A stretch of 64,000 nt of DNA from Alphaproteobacteria bacterium (GCA_965225945.1 CBDDBZ010000034.1:128001-192000), one strand, 5' to 3'. Numbered from the stretch's first letter, positions 11,087-20,195 are shown. Numbers and translations: made by a program. The notes: a model not told the origin generated them from the sequence alone.

Positions 11087-12546
11087 GCGGCGCGGCGCTG
11101 ATCGGGCTGGCGCTCGCGCTCCCGCTGGTGGGCGCGGTGGGCATCGCGCTCAGCAACCGGATCGAGAATCTGCGCGAGAGCGTGACGCTGGCGACGGCGG
11201 CTGCGCTGTTCGCGTGCGTGGTGGCAATCTATCACCGGGTCGCGGCCGGCGAGGAGGTGGCGCTGATCCTGCTGCCGATGCTGCCGGACGTGCCGCTCGC
11301 CTTCCGGGTCGAGCCCTTGGGGATGATTTTCGCCCTCGTCGCCTCGGGCCTCTGGATCATCACCTCGATCTATTCGATCGGCTACATGCGCGCCAACAGG
11401 GAGCATGCGCAGACCCGCTTCTATATCTGCTTCGCGATCGCGCTGGGCAGCACCATCGGCGTCGCCTTCGCCGACAACCTGCTGACGCTGTTCGTCTTCT
11501 ACGAGGCGCTGTCGCTCTCGACCTATCCGCTGGTGGCCCACCGGGAGGACGGCGAGGCCAAACGGGGCGGGCGGACCTACATCGGTCTGCTGCTGGCGAC
11601 TTCGATCGGCCTGCTGCTGTTCGCGATCCTGGTGACGCTCGTCGAGGCGGGGACGCTCGACTTCCGCCCGGGCGGGATCATGGCCGGCCGCGTGTCGGAG
11701 GGGCTGGCGGCGGTTTTGCTGGTCATCTACATGTACGGCATCGGCAAGGCCGCCCTGATGCCGCTGCATCGCTGGCTGCCGGCGGCGATGGTGGCGCCGA
11801 CCCCGGTCTCGGCCTTGCTGCACGCGGTGGCGGTGGTGAAGGCCGGCGTCTTCACCGTGGTCAAGGTCGCGGTCTATACTTTCGGCATCGACTATCTCCA
11901 AGTGTTGCCGACCAGCGACCTGATCTTGGGGCTAGCCGGCTTCACGGTGATCACCGCCTCGATCATCGCGCTCAGGCAGGACAACCTGAAGGCCCGCCTC
12001 GCCTATTCGACGGTGAGCCAGCTATCCTACGTGGTGCTGGCGACATTTATCCTGGCGCCGCTTTCGGTGATGGGCGCCGCGCTGCACATCGCGGCGCACG
12101 CCCTCGGCAAGATCACCCTGTTCTTCGCCGCCGGCTCGATCCATACCGCCGCGCACAAGACCGAGATCAGCCAGCTCGACGGCATCGGCCGACGCATGCC
12201 CTGGACCATGGGCGCCTTCGCGCTCGGTGCGCTCTCGATGATCGGGGTGCCGCCGGCGGTGGGTTTCCTCTCGAAGTGGTACATGCTGGTGGGGGCGCAC
12301 GCGGCGGGCCAATGGTTCGCAATCGCCGTCATCGTCGCCTCGACGCTGTTGAACGCGGCCTATTACCTGCCCATCGTGCACCGGGCGTTCCTGAAACCGC
12401 TCGAGCCCGAGGACGAGGCGCGGCCCCACGGCGAGGCGCCGCTCTCCATCGTCATCGCGGTGGTGGCGACGGCGGCGCTGACGATCCTGCTGTTCTTCTG
12501 GTCAGGCCCGGTCACCGGCCTGGCCCGGGCGCTCTCGGGGGCTTGA
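11083..12546 (+). CDS. Mrp antiporter subunit D-like (copy 2)
   Basis: GKAALMPLHRWLPAAMVAPTPVSALLH, LAYSTVSQ; GTG start overlaps previous stop. Confidence 0.9.
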   Translation: MSGAALIGLALALPLVGAVGIALSNRIENLRESVTLATAAALFACVVAIYHRVAAGEEVALILLPMLPDVPLAFRVEPLGMIFALVASGLWIITSIYSIGYMRANREHAQTRFYICFAIALGSTIGVAFADNLLTLFVFYEALSLSTYPLVAHREDGEAKRGGRTYIGLLLATSIGLLLFAILVTLVEAGTLDFRPGGIMAGRVSEGLAAVLLVIYMYGIGKAALMPLHRWLPAAMVAPTPVSALLHAVAVVKAGVFTVVKVAVYTFGIDYLQVLPTSDLILGLAGFTVITASIIALRQDNLKARLAYSTVSQLSYVVLATFILAPLSVMGAALHIAAHALGKITLFFAAGSIHTAAHKTEISQLDGIGRRMPWTMGAFALGALSMIGVPPAVGFLSKWYMLVGAHAAGQWFAIAVIVASTLLNAAYYLPIVHRAFLKPLEPEDEARPHGEAPLSIVIAVVATAALTILLFFWSGPVTGLARALSGA

Positions 12547-12556
12547 GGAGGGGGCG

Positions 12557-12832
12557 ATGGACGACGATAGGCATTGGCTCGAGCGGCCGCGCACCATCAC
12601 CTGGCTGTGGCGCGGCGGGATCGCGATCCTGGTCCTCACGGTGCTGGCTGATCTGCTTTACGAGCCGCATCCCTATTTCGTCGTCGACGGCTGGTTCGGC
12701 TTCCACGCGGCATTCGGCTTTCTCGCCTGTCTCGCCATGGTGTTGTTCGCCAAGCTCCTGGGCCTCTGGGTGAAGCGCCCCGACAGCTTCTACCTCGACG
12801 AGGACGGCAGCGACGACGACGGCGGCGGGTAG
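12557..12832 (+). CDS. Small two-TM membrane protein within mrp operon
   Basis: 91 aa, strong RBS, two hydrophobic helices, acidic tail. Confidence 0.8.
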   Translation: MDDDRHWLERPRTITWLWRGGIAILVLTVLADLLYEPHPYFVVDGWFGFHAAFGFLACLAMVLFAKLLGLWVKRPDSFYLDEDGSDDDGGG

Positions 12833-12836
12833 CGCC

Positions 12837-14516
12837 ATGGTCCTGCCACCCGCCCTGATCATGTTCGTGGGCGCGGCGTTGATCGCCGGGCTCCGGGGCC
12901 GCGCGCGCGACGTGGCGGTGCTGGTGGTGCCGCTGGTGACGCTGTTCTTCATCTGGCTTGTGCCGGACGGGGCGGCGGTGGCGGTGCCCTTCCTCGGCCA
13001 CGAGCTGGTGCCGCTCGAGGGGAGCGCGCTCTCGCGTCTCTTCGCCACGATCTTCGCCGTCATGGCCTTCACCGGCGGGCTCTTCGCCTTGAAGCAACCC
13101 AATCGGCTGGAGCTGCCGGCGGCGACCGTCTATGGCGGCGCGGCCATCGGCGTCTGCTTCGCGGGCGATCTCGTCACCCTCTTCGTCTTTTGGGAGGTGA
13201 TGGCCCTCGCCTCGCTCGCGGTGATCTGGTCGGCCGGCACGGCCACCGCCTACGGCGCCTCCATGCGCTATGTGCTGGTGCATTTCCTCGGCGGCATGAT
13301 CCTGCTGGTCGGCATCGTCGCCTATGTCGGCGAAACCGGGTCGCTCGCCTTCGTGGCGATGCGCCCGGAAAGCCCGGCGACCTGGCTGATCCTCGGCGGT
13401 TTCCTGCTCAACGCGGGCGCGCCGCCGGTTTCCGCCTGGCTGTCCGACGCCTATCCCGAGGCCTCCTTCTCCGGCACCGTCTTTCTCTCGGGCTTCACCA
13501 CCAAGACGGCGGTTTACGTCCTGCTGCGCGGCTTTCCCGGCGCCGAGATCCTGATTCCGATCGGCTGCTACATGATCTTCCACGGCATCATCTATGCGCT
13601 GCTGGAGAACGACATGCGGCGCATCCTGGCCTATTCGATCATCAATCAGGTGGGCTTCATGGTGGTCGGCGCCGGCATCGGCACCGAGATGGCGGTGAAT
13701 GGTGCGGCCGCGCATGCCTTCACCCACATCATTTATAAGGCGCTGCTGTTGATGTCGGCGGGCTCGGTGCTGCTGATGAACGGGGGCAGGCGCAAGTGCA
13801 CCGATCTCGGCGGCCTGTTCAAGTCCATGCCCTATACGGCGGCGATGGGGATCGTCGGCGCGCTCGCCATCTCCTCCTTCCCGCTGACCTCCGGCTTCAT
13901 CTCGAAGTCGATGATCAGCCAGGGTGCGGCGGACCTGCAGCTGACCTGGCTCTGGCTGGGGCTCGCGGCGGCCTCGGCCGGGGTCTTTTTGCATGCCGGC
14001 ATCAAGTTTCCCTGGTTCGTCTTCTTTCAGAAGGATTCCGGGCGCCGGCCGGCCGAGCCGCCGCTCAATATGGAGCTCGCCATGGGCCTCTTCGCCTTCC
14101 TCTGCATCGCGCTCGGGGTCTATCCGGACCCGCTCTACGCGCTGTTGCCCTATCCCGTAGACTACGTGCCCTACACCACCGGCCACGTGGTGGCGATGCT
14201 GCAGTTGCTGCTGTTCTCGGGGCTCGCCTTCTTCTTGCTGCTGGGGCTGATGAGGCGCAGCCTCACCGTCAGCCTCGACCTCGACTGGTTCTATCGGCGC
14301 GCCGGACCTTGGGCTTGGCACGGGATCGAGACGGTGGCCGTCGCCTGCCACGGGGCGCTCTGGCGCGGCATGGAGGACGGCCTGGCGCTGACGATCCGTG
14401 CCCTCCAACGCCACCACGGACCCCGCGGCATCCTGGCCCGGACCTGGCCCACCGGCTCGATGGCAATCTGGGCGGCGGCGCTGCTGGGCGGCGCGCTGCT
14501 GGTCTATTTCCGCTGA
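12837..14516 (+). CDS. Mrp antiporter subunit D-like (copy 3)
   Basis: FVFWEVMA, WLSDAYPEAS, RRILAYSIINQVG. Confidence 0.9.
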   Translation: MVLPPALIMFVGAALIAGLRGRARDVAVLVVPLVTLFFIWLVPDGAAVAVPFLGHELVPLEGSALSRLFATIFAVMAFTGGLFALKQPNRLELPAATVYGGAAIGVCFAGDLVTLFVFWEVMALASLAVIWSAGTATAYGASMRYVLVHFLGGMILLVGIVAYVGETGSLAFVAMRPESPATWLILGGFLLNAGAPPVSAWLSDAYPEASFSGTVFLSGFTTKTAVYVLLRGFPGAEILIPIGCYMIFHGIIYALLENDMRRILAYSIINQVGFMVVGAGIGTEMAVNGAAAHAFTHIIYKALLLMSAGSVLLMNGGRRKCTDLGGLFKSMPYTAAMGIVGALAISSFPLTSGFISKSMISQGAADLQLTWLWLGLAAASAGVFLHAGIKFPWFVFFQKDSGRRPAEPPLNMELAMGLFAFLCIALGVYPDPLYALLPYPVDYVPYTTGHVVAMLQLLLFSGLAFFLLLGLMRRSLTVSLDLDWFYRRAGPWAWHGIETVAVACHGALWRGMEDGLALTIRALQRHHGPRGILARTWPTGSMAIWAAALLGGALLVYFR

Positions 14517-14636
14517 CGCGGGCGCCGGATCGCGGCGCGTGAGCGCGGAGCGAAACCGAAGCAGAAGGCCGCCGGTTCGGGTCGAGTGCACTGTCACTAT
14601 CGTCCCTATCTGGTTAAAGCAGGATGGGCTCCGAAT

Positions 14637-14669
14637 GTTCTTGATATGTTCTCCATAGAGGTGTAGGCT
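14637..14669 (+). promoter_or_regulatory. LexA-type box overlapping a sigma70-like promoter of transposase A
   Basis: GTTC-TTGATAT-GTTC (14637-14651); -35 TTGATA (14641-14646), 17 bp, -10 TAGGCT (14664-14669). Confidence 0.72.
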
Positions 14670-14704
14670 GATCGCATCGGCTGGAGCTTTTGGAGGACTA
14701 TTCG

Positions 14705-15673
14705 ATGAGCGGGATATTGGAGTTCCTCGAACGCCATGGATCGGAGGCGGACTGCATCGAGGCGCTGGCTCGGCTGCGCTGGCCGCAAGGCTACGTCTGC
14801 GCGCGTTGCGGCGAGAGGCGGAACTACCAATTGAAGACGCGGCCGCGGGTCTTCGAATGCGCCGGTTGCGGCCATCAGGAATCGGTGACCGCGGGCACGG
14901 TCTTCCACCGCACCCGCACACCGTTGCGCAAATGGTTCCTGGCGGCGTGGTGGATGGGGCGCGACAAGCGCGGGGTCTCGGCGCTGTTTCTGTCGCGAGA
15001 GTTGAGCCTGCGCTACGACACCGCCTGGCTGATGGCCCACAAGCTGCGCCATGCCCTGACGGAGCGCCCGGAGTTCCCGCTGGAGGGCTTGGTCGAGGTC
15101 GACGAGAGCTATTACGGCGGGCGGGGCAAGCCGGAGAGCCGGGGGCGCGGGCTTTCCAACCCGAACAAGAGCCTGTTGGTGATGGCGGTCGAGAAGTGGC
15201 CGGTCGGGTCGGGCAAGGGCATCAAGGGGAGCGGCTTCGCCGCCGGCGCCGCGCGGCTCGCCATCCTGCCCGAGGCCACCGCCCGTGAGTTGGGCGACTT
15301 CGTGCGCGCCTCGGTGAAGCCGGGAAGCCGCCTCGACAGCGACGCTTTCAAGAGTTACGCCAAGCTTGGCGATACTTATCGCCACCAGCCCGTCGTTCAA
15401 GGCCAAGGCAAGAACGCCGAGCAGCTCATGCCGGTCGTCCATGTCCTGTTTTCCAACGTGAAGACGTGGCTCAACGGAACCTACCACGGGGTGAGCGCCA
15501 AGCATTTGCCGCGCTACGTCCGGGAATGGAACTACCGCTTCAACCGGCGCAAACGCATCTTCGACCTTGCCGATTTCGTGTTGCACCGCGCCATGACCCG
15601 ACCGACCATCACCTACAGGGAACTGGTCGACGGTATACAATCGCAGGGAGCGCTGCCTGCCTTAACCGGATAG
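14705..15673 (+). CDS. IS1595-family transposase
   Basis: Zn ribbon CARC/CAGC, VEVDE, DSD, VVHVLFSNVK, YRFNRR; RBS GGAGGA. Confidence 0.95.
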   Translation: MSGILEFLERHGSEADCIEALARLRWPQGYVCARCGERRNYQLKTRPRVFECAGCGHQESVTAGTVFHRTRTPLRKWFLAAWWMGRDKRGVSALFLSRELSLRYDTAWLMAHKLRHALTERPEFPLEGLVEVDESYYGGRGKPESRGRGLSNPNKSLLVMAVEKWPVGSGKGIKGSGFAAGAARLAILPEATARELGDFVRASVKPGSRLDSDAFKSYAKLGDTYRHQPVVQGQGKNAEQLMPVVHVLFSNVKTWLNGTYHGVSAKHLPRYVREWNYRFNRRKRIFDLADFVLHRAMTRPTITYRELVDGIQSQGALPALTG

Positions 15674-15924
15674 GGACGGTCACTATAATTGCACTGTAAT
15701 TGGGCTAAAATGCGCCGAATTGCCGCGCGTCATCCCGGATGGCGACGTTTTCGAGCGCGTTTATAATACGATCCGAATATTCCAAATACCATCAAGATAT
15801 TGAAATTCAACGCCGTTCCAGCTTCGCCGCGGCCCGGCCGAATGTCGTTCTGCAAAAAACGCCTCTCGGGCCTGAAAAACCATAATGCCGCATATATAGA
15901 AATAAGTATTTTCCGCTGCTACGG

Positions 15925-16791
15925 TTGTATTTTGACACTAGATTTCCTACCTGGGGGATTATTGCCGCGATCGAAATTTCTTATCGGCGAGTCCAGCCCT
16001 TGTCCGAGCCATTGCCCTGCGAGCCGAGCCCACCCGTGCCCCGGCGGCTGAACGCGACGCGCCACGGTCTCGCCGGCGCCGCGCCGGTGCTGCCCTGGGA
16101 GAACGCGGAGCAGCGCGCCCGGCTCCTGGAGCAGCTTCGTGGCGAGCACGCCCCCGCCGGAGGGACGGAAAGCCATCTGGTCGAGGAGCTGGCGGACATC
16201 CTCTGGCGCCGCCGCCGGCTGCGCCGCGCGGAGCACGCGGCGCACCACGACTGCCTGCGGCGGATCACTTCGGACGGGGCCTCCCACGTCAGCTCCGGCG
16301 AGTCGGCCTGGCTGGCGACGCCGCTGCTCCTGGTCTCGGACACCTCCCGCGTCGCGCCGGGCGCCGTGCGCGACGTCCTGCGCCTGGACCAGGCGGCGCG
16401 ACGCGACGCGCTGGGCGCGCTCGACGCCCGGCTCGAGGCGGCGCGCGCGGCCGGGCGCTACGCCGAGGGCGCGCGGGCCACCGAGGGCGGCATCGAGCGG
16501 CGTCTCGATCGGGCCTCGCGCGAGGCCTGGTATCGGGCGGCGGCGGAGACCCCGTGCGACCCTGGGGCCGAGCCGTCGCTCTTCGCGTGGCTGCACGAGA
16601 CGCTCCTGCCGGCGCTCGAAGCCCGCCGCGCCGTGCTGGTGCATGGCGATCTGATCCGCGACCACCTCTTCGCCAGCGCCCTCGACGAGGCGGCGCTGGA
16701 ACGGCTGCAGCGCCATGACGCCGCTCTCGACCGCAGGTTCGAGCGCACGCTCTCCATGCTGGTCAAGCTGAAGGCGCTGCGCGAGGCGTAG
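15925..16791 (+). CDS. Hypothetical protein of the NAxxHGL type
   Basis: RLNATRHGL...VLPWE...LVEELADILWRRRRL and C-terminal LQRHDAALDRRFERTL; start uncertain. Confidence 0.7.
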   Translation: MYFDTRFPTWGIIAAIEISYRRVQPLSEPLPCEPSPPVPRRLNATRHGLAGAAPVLPWENAEQRARLLEQLRGEHAPAGGTESHLVEELADILWRRRRLRRAEHAAHHDCLRRITSDGASHVSSGESAWLATPLLLVSDTSRVAPGAVRDVLRLDQAARRDALGALDARLEAARAAGRYAEGARATEGGIERRLDRASREAWYRAAAETPCDPGAEPSLFAWLHETLLPALEARRAVLVHGDLIRDHLFASALDEAALERLQRHDAALDRRFERTLSMLVKLKALREA

Positions 16792-16944
16792 ACTCCATCC
16801 GGGGTCAGGGAATCGGTTCCGAGCGCGCTCGAGCGGGTCGGCGCCTGCGATTCGACGTTCGAGACCTGGGACCCCAGTCTTGGATGCCCAAGAAAAGGGG
16901 TCATTCTGCTTTTGTTCCGCTCCAGCGAATAAAGTACAACCTGA

Positions 16945-17892
16945 TTACGCACTAACCTCAGCCAACTTCAGGAGCCGATATGGCATGGGCGGCGTATGCA
17001 GGGCATCGCGGCCGAGGGCTTCGATCATGTCGGCGAGCCGGTAGCGGCGGTTGTATCGGTACTGGAACGCCGCCAGGTAGCGCGGCACATGCTTGGGTCG
17101 GATCGCATGGTAGGTACCGCGCAGGGTGTTTTTGAGGTTGCCGAGGGTGGTGTTGACCCATTTGAAGGCGGGCACGGCGACGGCCCCGGGTCCGGAGCCG
17201 GTGGATATCGGATGATGCGCACAGCCCCGCGTGGTGACGGCGGTGAAGCAGTTGAGCCCGTCGCTGAAAACGCTCGCCCCAGGGCTCAGGTCGCGCTTGG
17301 CCATCTTGGCGATCTCGCTCTTGCGGAAGCCCTTGACGCGGCGCAGCTTGATGCGCACGGGCTGGCCCTCCGCCGTGGTCTGGACGGCGGCGACGAACGG
17401 CGTCTTGCCCGGCGCGCCCCGGCCGCGCTTGGCCCCGGAACGCCGGCCGCCGAGGTAGGCATCGTCCATCTCCACCCGCCCGGTGAGCGGCAATTTGGCA
17501 TCGCGCTCGAGCATGGACTGCATCAGTTTCTGCTTGATCTTCCAGGCCGTGGTCTGGGTGACGCCGAGCCGCCGGCCGAGTTCGAGGGAGGAGATCCCTT
17601 TCTTCGATTGGGTCATGTGATAGATCGCCGAGAACCACAGGGTCAGCGCCAGCTTGGTCGCGTGGAAGAGCGTGCCGGCGGTCAGCGAAACTTGATGACG
17701 GCAGGCGGCGCATTGGTAGAGTTTTCGCCCGGCGATCTCGCAATGGCGCGTGGCGCCACATCGGGGGCAGGCGAACCCCTCCGGCCAGCGCCAGCGGAAC
17801 AGGGCCTCGCGACACTGCTGCTCGGTACCGTACAACTCACGAAAACGCGGCTCGCTGAGCCCCTTCTGGAACTGAACCTTGTTGCGTGGCAT
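16945..17892 (-). CDS. IS1595-family transposase
   Basis: MPRNKVQFQKGLS, CPRC/CAAC, VEMDDAY, SDG, WVNTTLGNLK, YRYNRR; RBS AGGAG before ATG 17892. Confidence 0.95.
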   Translation of the reverse strand: MPRNKVQFQKGLSEPRFRELYGTEQQCREALFRWRWPEGFACPRCGATRHCEIAGRKLYQCAACRHQVSLTAGTLFHATKLALTLWFSAIYHMTQSKKGISSLELGRRLGVTQTTAWKIKQKLMQSMLERDAKLPLTGRVEMDDAYLGGRRSGAKRGRGAPGKTPFVAAVQTTAEGQPVRIKLRRVKGFRKSEIAKMAKRDLSPGASVFSDGLNCFTAVTTRGCAHHPISTGSGPGAVAVPAFKWVNTTLGNLKNTLRGTYHAIRPKHVPRYLAAFQYRYNRRYRLADMIEALGRDALHTPPMPYRLLKLAEVSA

Positions 17893-17914
17893 CGTGAATC
17901 TCCTGTAAAACCAC

Positions 17915-18045
17915 CAAATGTTCACGATTTGTACCACATCAATCCGGCTGAGTAAAGTGACCACCTCACATACATCCTCTCGCGGTCAGGAGCGGGGTAC
18001 CTGGGTAGTTACAAATGTTCACGATTTGTACCACATCAATCCGGC
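17915..18045. repeat. 34-bp direct repeat containing a LexA-type box at the left end of element B
   Basis: CAAATGTTCACGATTTGTACCACATCAATCCGGC at 17915-17948 and 18012-18045; each has GTTC-N7-GTAC. Confidence 0.88.
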
Positions 18046-18178
18046 GTAAAGTGCGTAATCAGGAAGTACAGTGACCCCTTTTTTGCGTGTGTGACCCCTC
18101 GTGTGTGGTGATTCTCTCGCTGCTATCGGCTGCCTATCGCATCCGCGCCCGGCCGCTGGCACTGTCTTCATGTCGTCT

Positions 18179-19732
18179 CTAATGACCGATCCAATCGGAC
18201 TCGAAACGTGCGTAACAGTCACGCTCGCCCGGCATCTTCAGCCACCCCGCCAGCAACCGAACGGTCGCGAGCAGCAGCCGGTCGCGCAGATGGGTCGAAT
18301 TATGGCCATATTCTTCGTAGGTCGAATGTGTGATCTTCTGATTATGCGGGTCGTTCTGAAACTTGCATGCGGTCACCGCCACCGAAGACAGGTACGGCTT
18401 GCGATCGGCCCCGGATTGCAGATAAGCGTGCGCCAGCGCCGTGGCACGTGGGAAGTCGAGTGAGAGAATCGTCTCGTCGAGTTCCTTTAGCAGAGTCGCG
18501 TCGTCCCTTCGGGAAACATCGTGCGCCAAGAGCTCTTGTTCGACGACCGGCTCGAACAGCTTATTAGAGCGGGCCACGTCGTTGACGAAATTGGCCATCA
18601 AGTAAAGCACACGCGGCTGGTAGGGATTGTCGCTCGTGCGGAACCAATCGTTCGCCGTGTTGCAGTAGTCGAGGGCATGCTGACCATCGGTGAAGCTTCT
18701 GGGTACGGTGGTCCGCAAGATCAGCTCGGCGGCGGCGACCTGGATGGTGTCGCCGAGGCTCTTGATCGACTTGCCGCCCTGAAGCCGCTCGGTGATGCGC
18801 TCGAACAGGGTTTCCTGATCCGCGGTCATCAGTAGCGCAACCATCTCCTCGACCTCTTCGTCGCTGAGCGCGCTCCGGTTCGCCTGCTCGAGACTCTTGC
18901 CACCGTCGTCGGGGAAGGCGTCGGCGAACATGACGCACACCGAATCGTAGAGCGAGTAGTACAGCGGCCCGATCGCCATGTCCGGCACCCCCATGTAGAA
19001 TACCCCATGGGCCTTCTCCCAACCGATGTAATCGGCCAGATCGGTAATGGCCCGGGCGCGAATCGACTTGTGCCCGGTGTTTCTCGCCTTGCGCCCGATG
19101 ATCGTTTCCTGCATGTCGATGACCCCGAGGAAGCGGATCTGATCACGCAACCGGGCGCGCGCGCTTTCGTCCGCGGCCAGACCCAGGAACAGCCCGTAGG
19201 AGCGTTTGGCGTCGCCGCTGATGGTCGCGACCATGTGCTCATGCAGGCGCTCCTCGACCGTTCCCTCGGTGACGATCGGGCTCTGCTCGGGGTTCCACAC
19301 CACCGGGCCGTAGTCCGGCGGCGGCACGTCCATGCCTTTCATCAAGGCGTAGCGCCCGGGGTAGCGGCCCAGCAGCTGATTCCAGATGTCGAGACCGGCC
19401 GGCACATACCAGATGCTCTGCAACAGGGGTAGGAGGCGATACGCTTCGGGCATGAACGGCATCAGGCTGACCGAGGCACGCAAGCCGAGCAGGGTGTGGT
19501 CATTGTTGACCAGGGTGATGTTGCCATCGCGCATATTGATGTGGCTGTGAACCTGTACGTACGGCGCCTCGGCGGCCACGACGATGCTCAGCGCATCGCC
19601 CACGGAGCGCCCCTGGTGGACCACCATCCGGTGGAAGATGTCGGCCGTGCGGGGTTGATCGCGCTCCAGGATCGCCTGGTTCAAGGCATCGAAATTCTCG
19701 TCCTGGGATATCTGCTCTCGGGTCACCAGCAT
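18179..19732 (-). CDS. Hypothetical helical protein with recurring His motifs (about 517 aa)
   Basis: Long ORF with normal composition; motifs NNDHTLL, TGHKSIR, GQHALDY, DPHNQKITH; no family recognised. Confidence 0.8.
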   Translation of the reverse strand: MLVTREQISQDENFDALNQAILERDQPRTADIFHRMVVHQGRSVGDALSIVVAAEAPYVQVHSHINMRDGNITLVNNDHTLLGLRASVSLMPFMPEAYRLLPLLQSIWYVPAGLDIWNQLLGRYPGRYALMKGMDVPPPDYGPVVWNPEQSPIVTEGTVEERLHEHMVATISGDAKRSYGLFLGLAADESARARLRDQIRFLGVIDMQETIIGRKARNTGHKSIRARAITDLADYIGWEKAHGVFYMGVPDMAIGPLYYSLYDSVCVMFADAFPDDGGKSLEQANRSALSDEEVEEMVALLMTADQETLFERITERLQGGKSIKSLGDTIQVAAAELILRTTVPRSFTDGQHALDYCNTANDWFRTSDNPYQPRVLYLMANFVNDVARSNKLFEPVVEQELLAHDVSRRDDATLLKELDETILSLDFPRATALAHAYLQSGADRKPYLSSVAVTACKFQNDPHNQKITHSTYEEYGHNSTHLRDRLLLATVRLLAGWLKMPGERDCYARFESDWIGH

Positions 19733-19772
19733 CGCTGTTCTCCACGCAACCGTTTTCTTTGGATCATCGAGT

Positions 19773-20146
19773 TCAGGTCCTCGTCGGAGCCGAGTACCCG
19801 GGCCGCCGTCCCCGTTCCCAGACATGGGCGCGGGCCACGTCTTCGTTCAAATCACCACCCCAGCCCGGGCGGTTTGGGATGATCACATCGCCGTTCACGA
19901 TCTCGAGCTTTGCCGTCAGAAGATCATCTTTCCACGGCACGTCATCGATGTCGATTTCCGAGATGCGAACATTGCCCACCGACGCGCAGAGATGCACCGA
20001 GTGAAGGGTGGACAGATGGCTGTAGTAGTTGTGCGGTGCGATGTTGATGTCGAAGCTCTCCGCCATGTCCGCGACCTTCTTTGCTTGCGTGAAGCCGTTC
20101 CACGGCAGGTCGACCATGCAGACGTCCATGGCCCGGGCTTCGCCGG
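19773..20146 (-). pseudogene. C-terminal fragment of a mandelate racemase/enolase-superfamily gene
   Basis: DVCMVD...APHNYYSH...EIDIDDVPW...PNRPGWG; 5' part missing, breakpoint at hairpin copy 2. Confidence 0.85.
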
Positions 20147-20195
20147 AGAAAAGGGGTCATTCTGCTTTTGTTCCGCTCCAGCGAATAAAGTACAA

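Larger units (their letters stand above)
14601..15678 (+). mobile_element. IS1595-family element A (ISSod11-like group)
   Basis: 23-bp TIR CGTCCCTATCTGGTTAAAGCAGG (2 mismatches); 8-bp TSD GTCACTAT at 14593-14600 and 15679-15686. Confidence 0.95.
16940..18063 (-). mobile_element. IS1595-family element B (IS1595 group, CCTGATT ends)
   Basis: TIR CCTGATTACGCACT at both ends; TSD AAGTACAA/AAGTACAG (7 of 8 match). Confidence 0.95.
16891..18084. repeat. Palindromic REP-like hairpin copy 1, split by IS1595 element B
   Basis: 16891-16939 AGAAAAGGGGTCATTCTGCTTTTGTTCCGCTCCAGCGAATAAAGTACAA, continuing TGACCCCTTTTTT at 18072-18084. Confidence 0.9.

Noticed and set aside
16903-16917. ATTC-N7-GTTC in hairpin copies 1 and 2 as a LexA box
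   Set aside because: One mismatch and not retained in copies 3 and 4; may be coincidental.
17915-18045. Mini-CRISPR from the 34-bp direct repeat
   Set aside because: Only two copies, a 63-bp gap, located within an IS end, and no cas genes.
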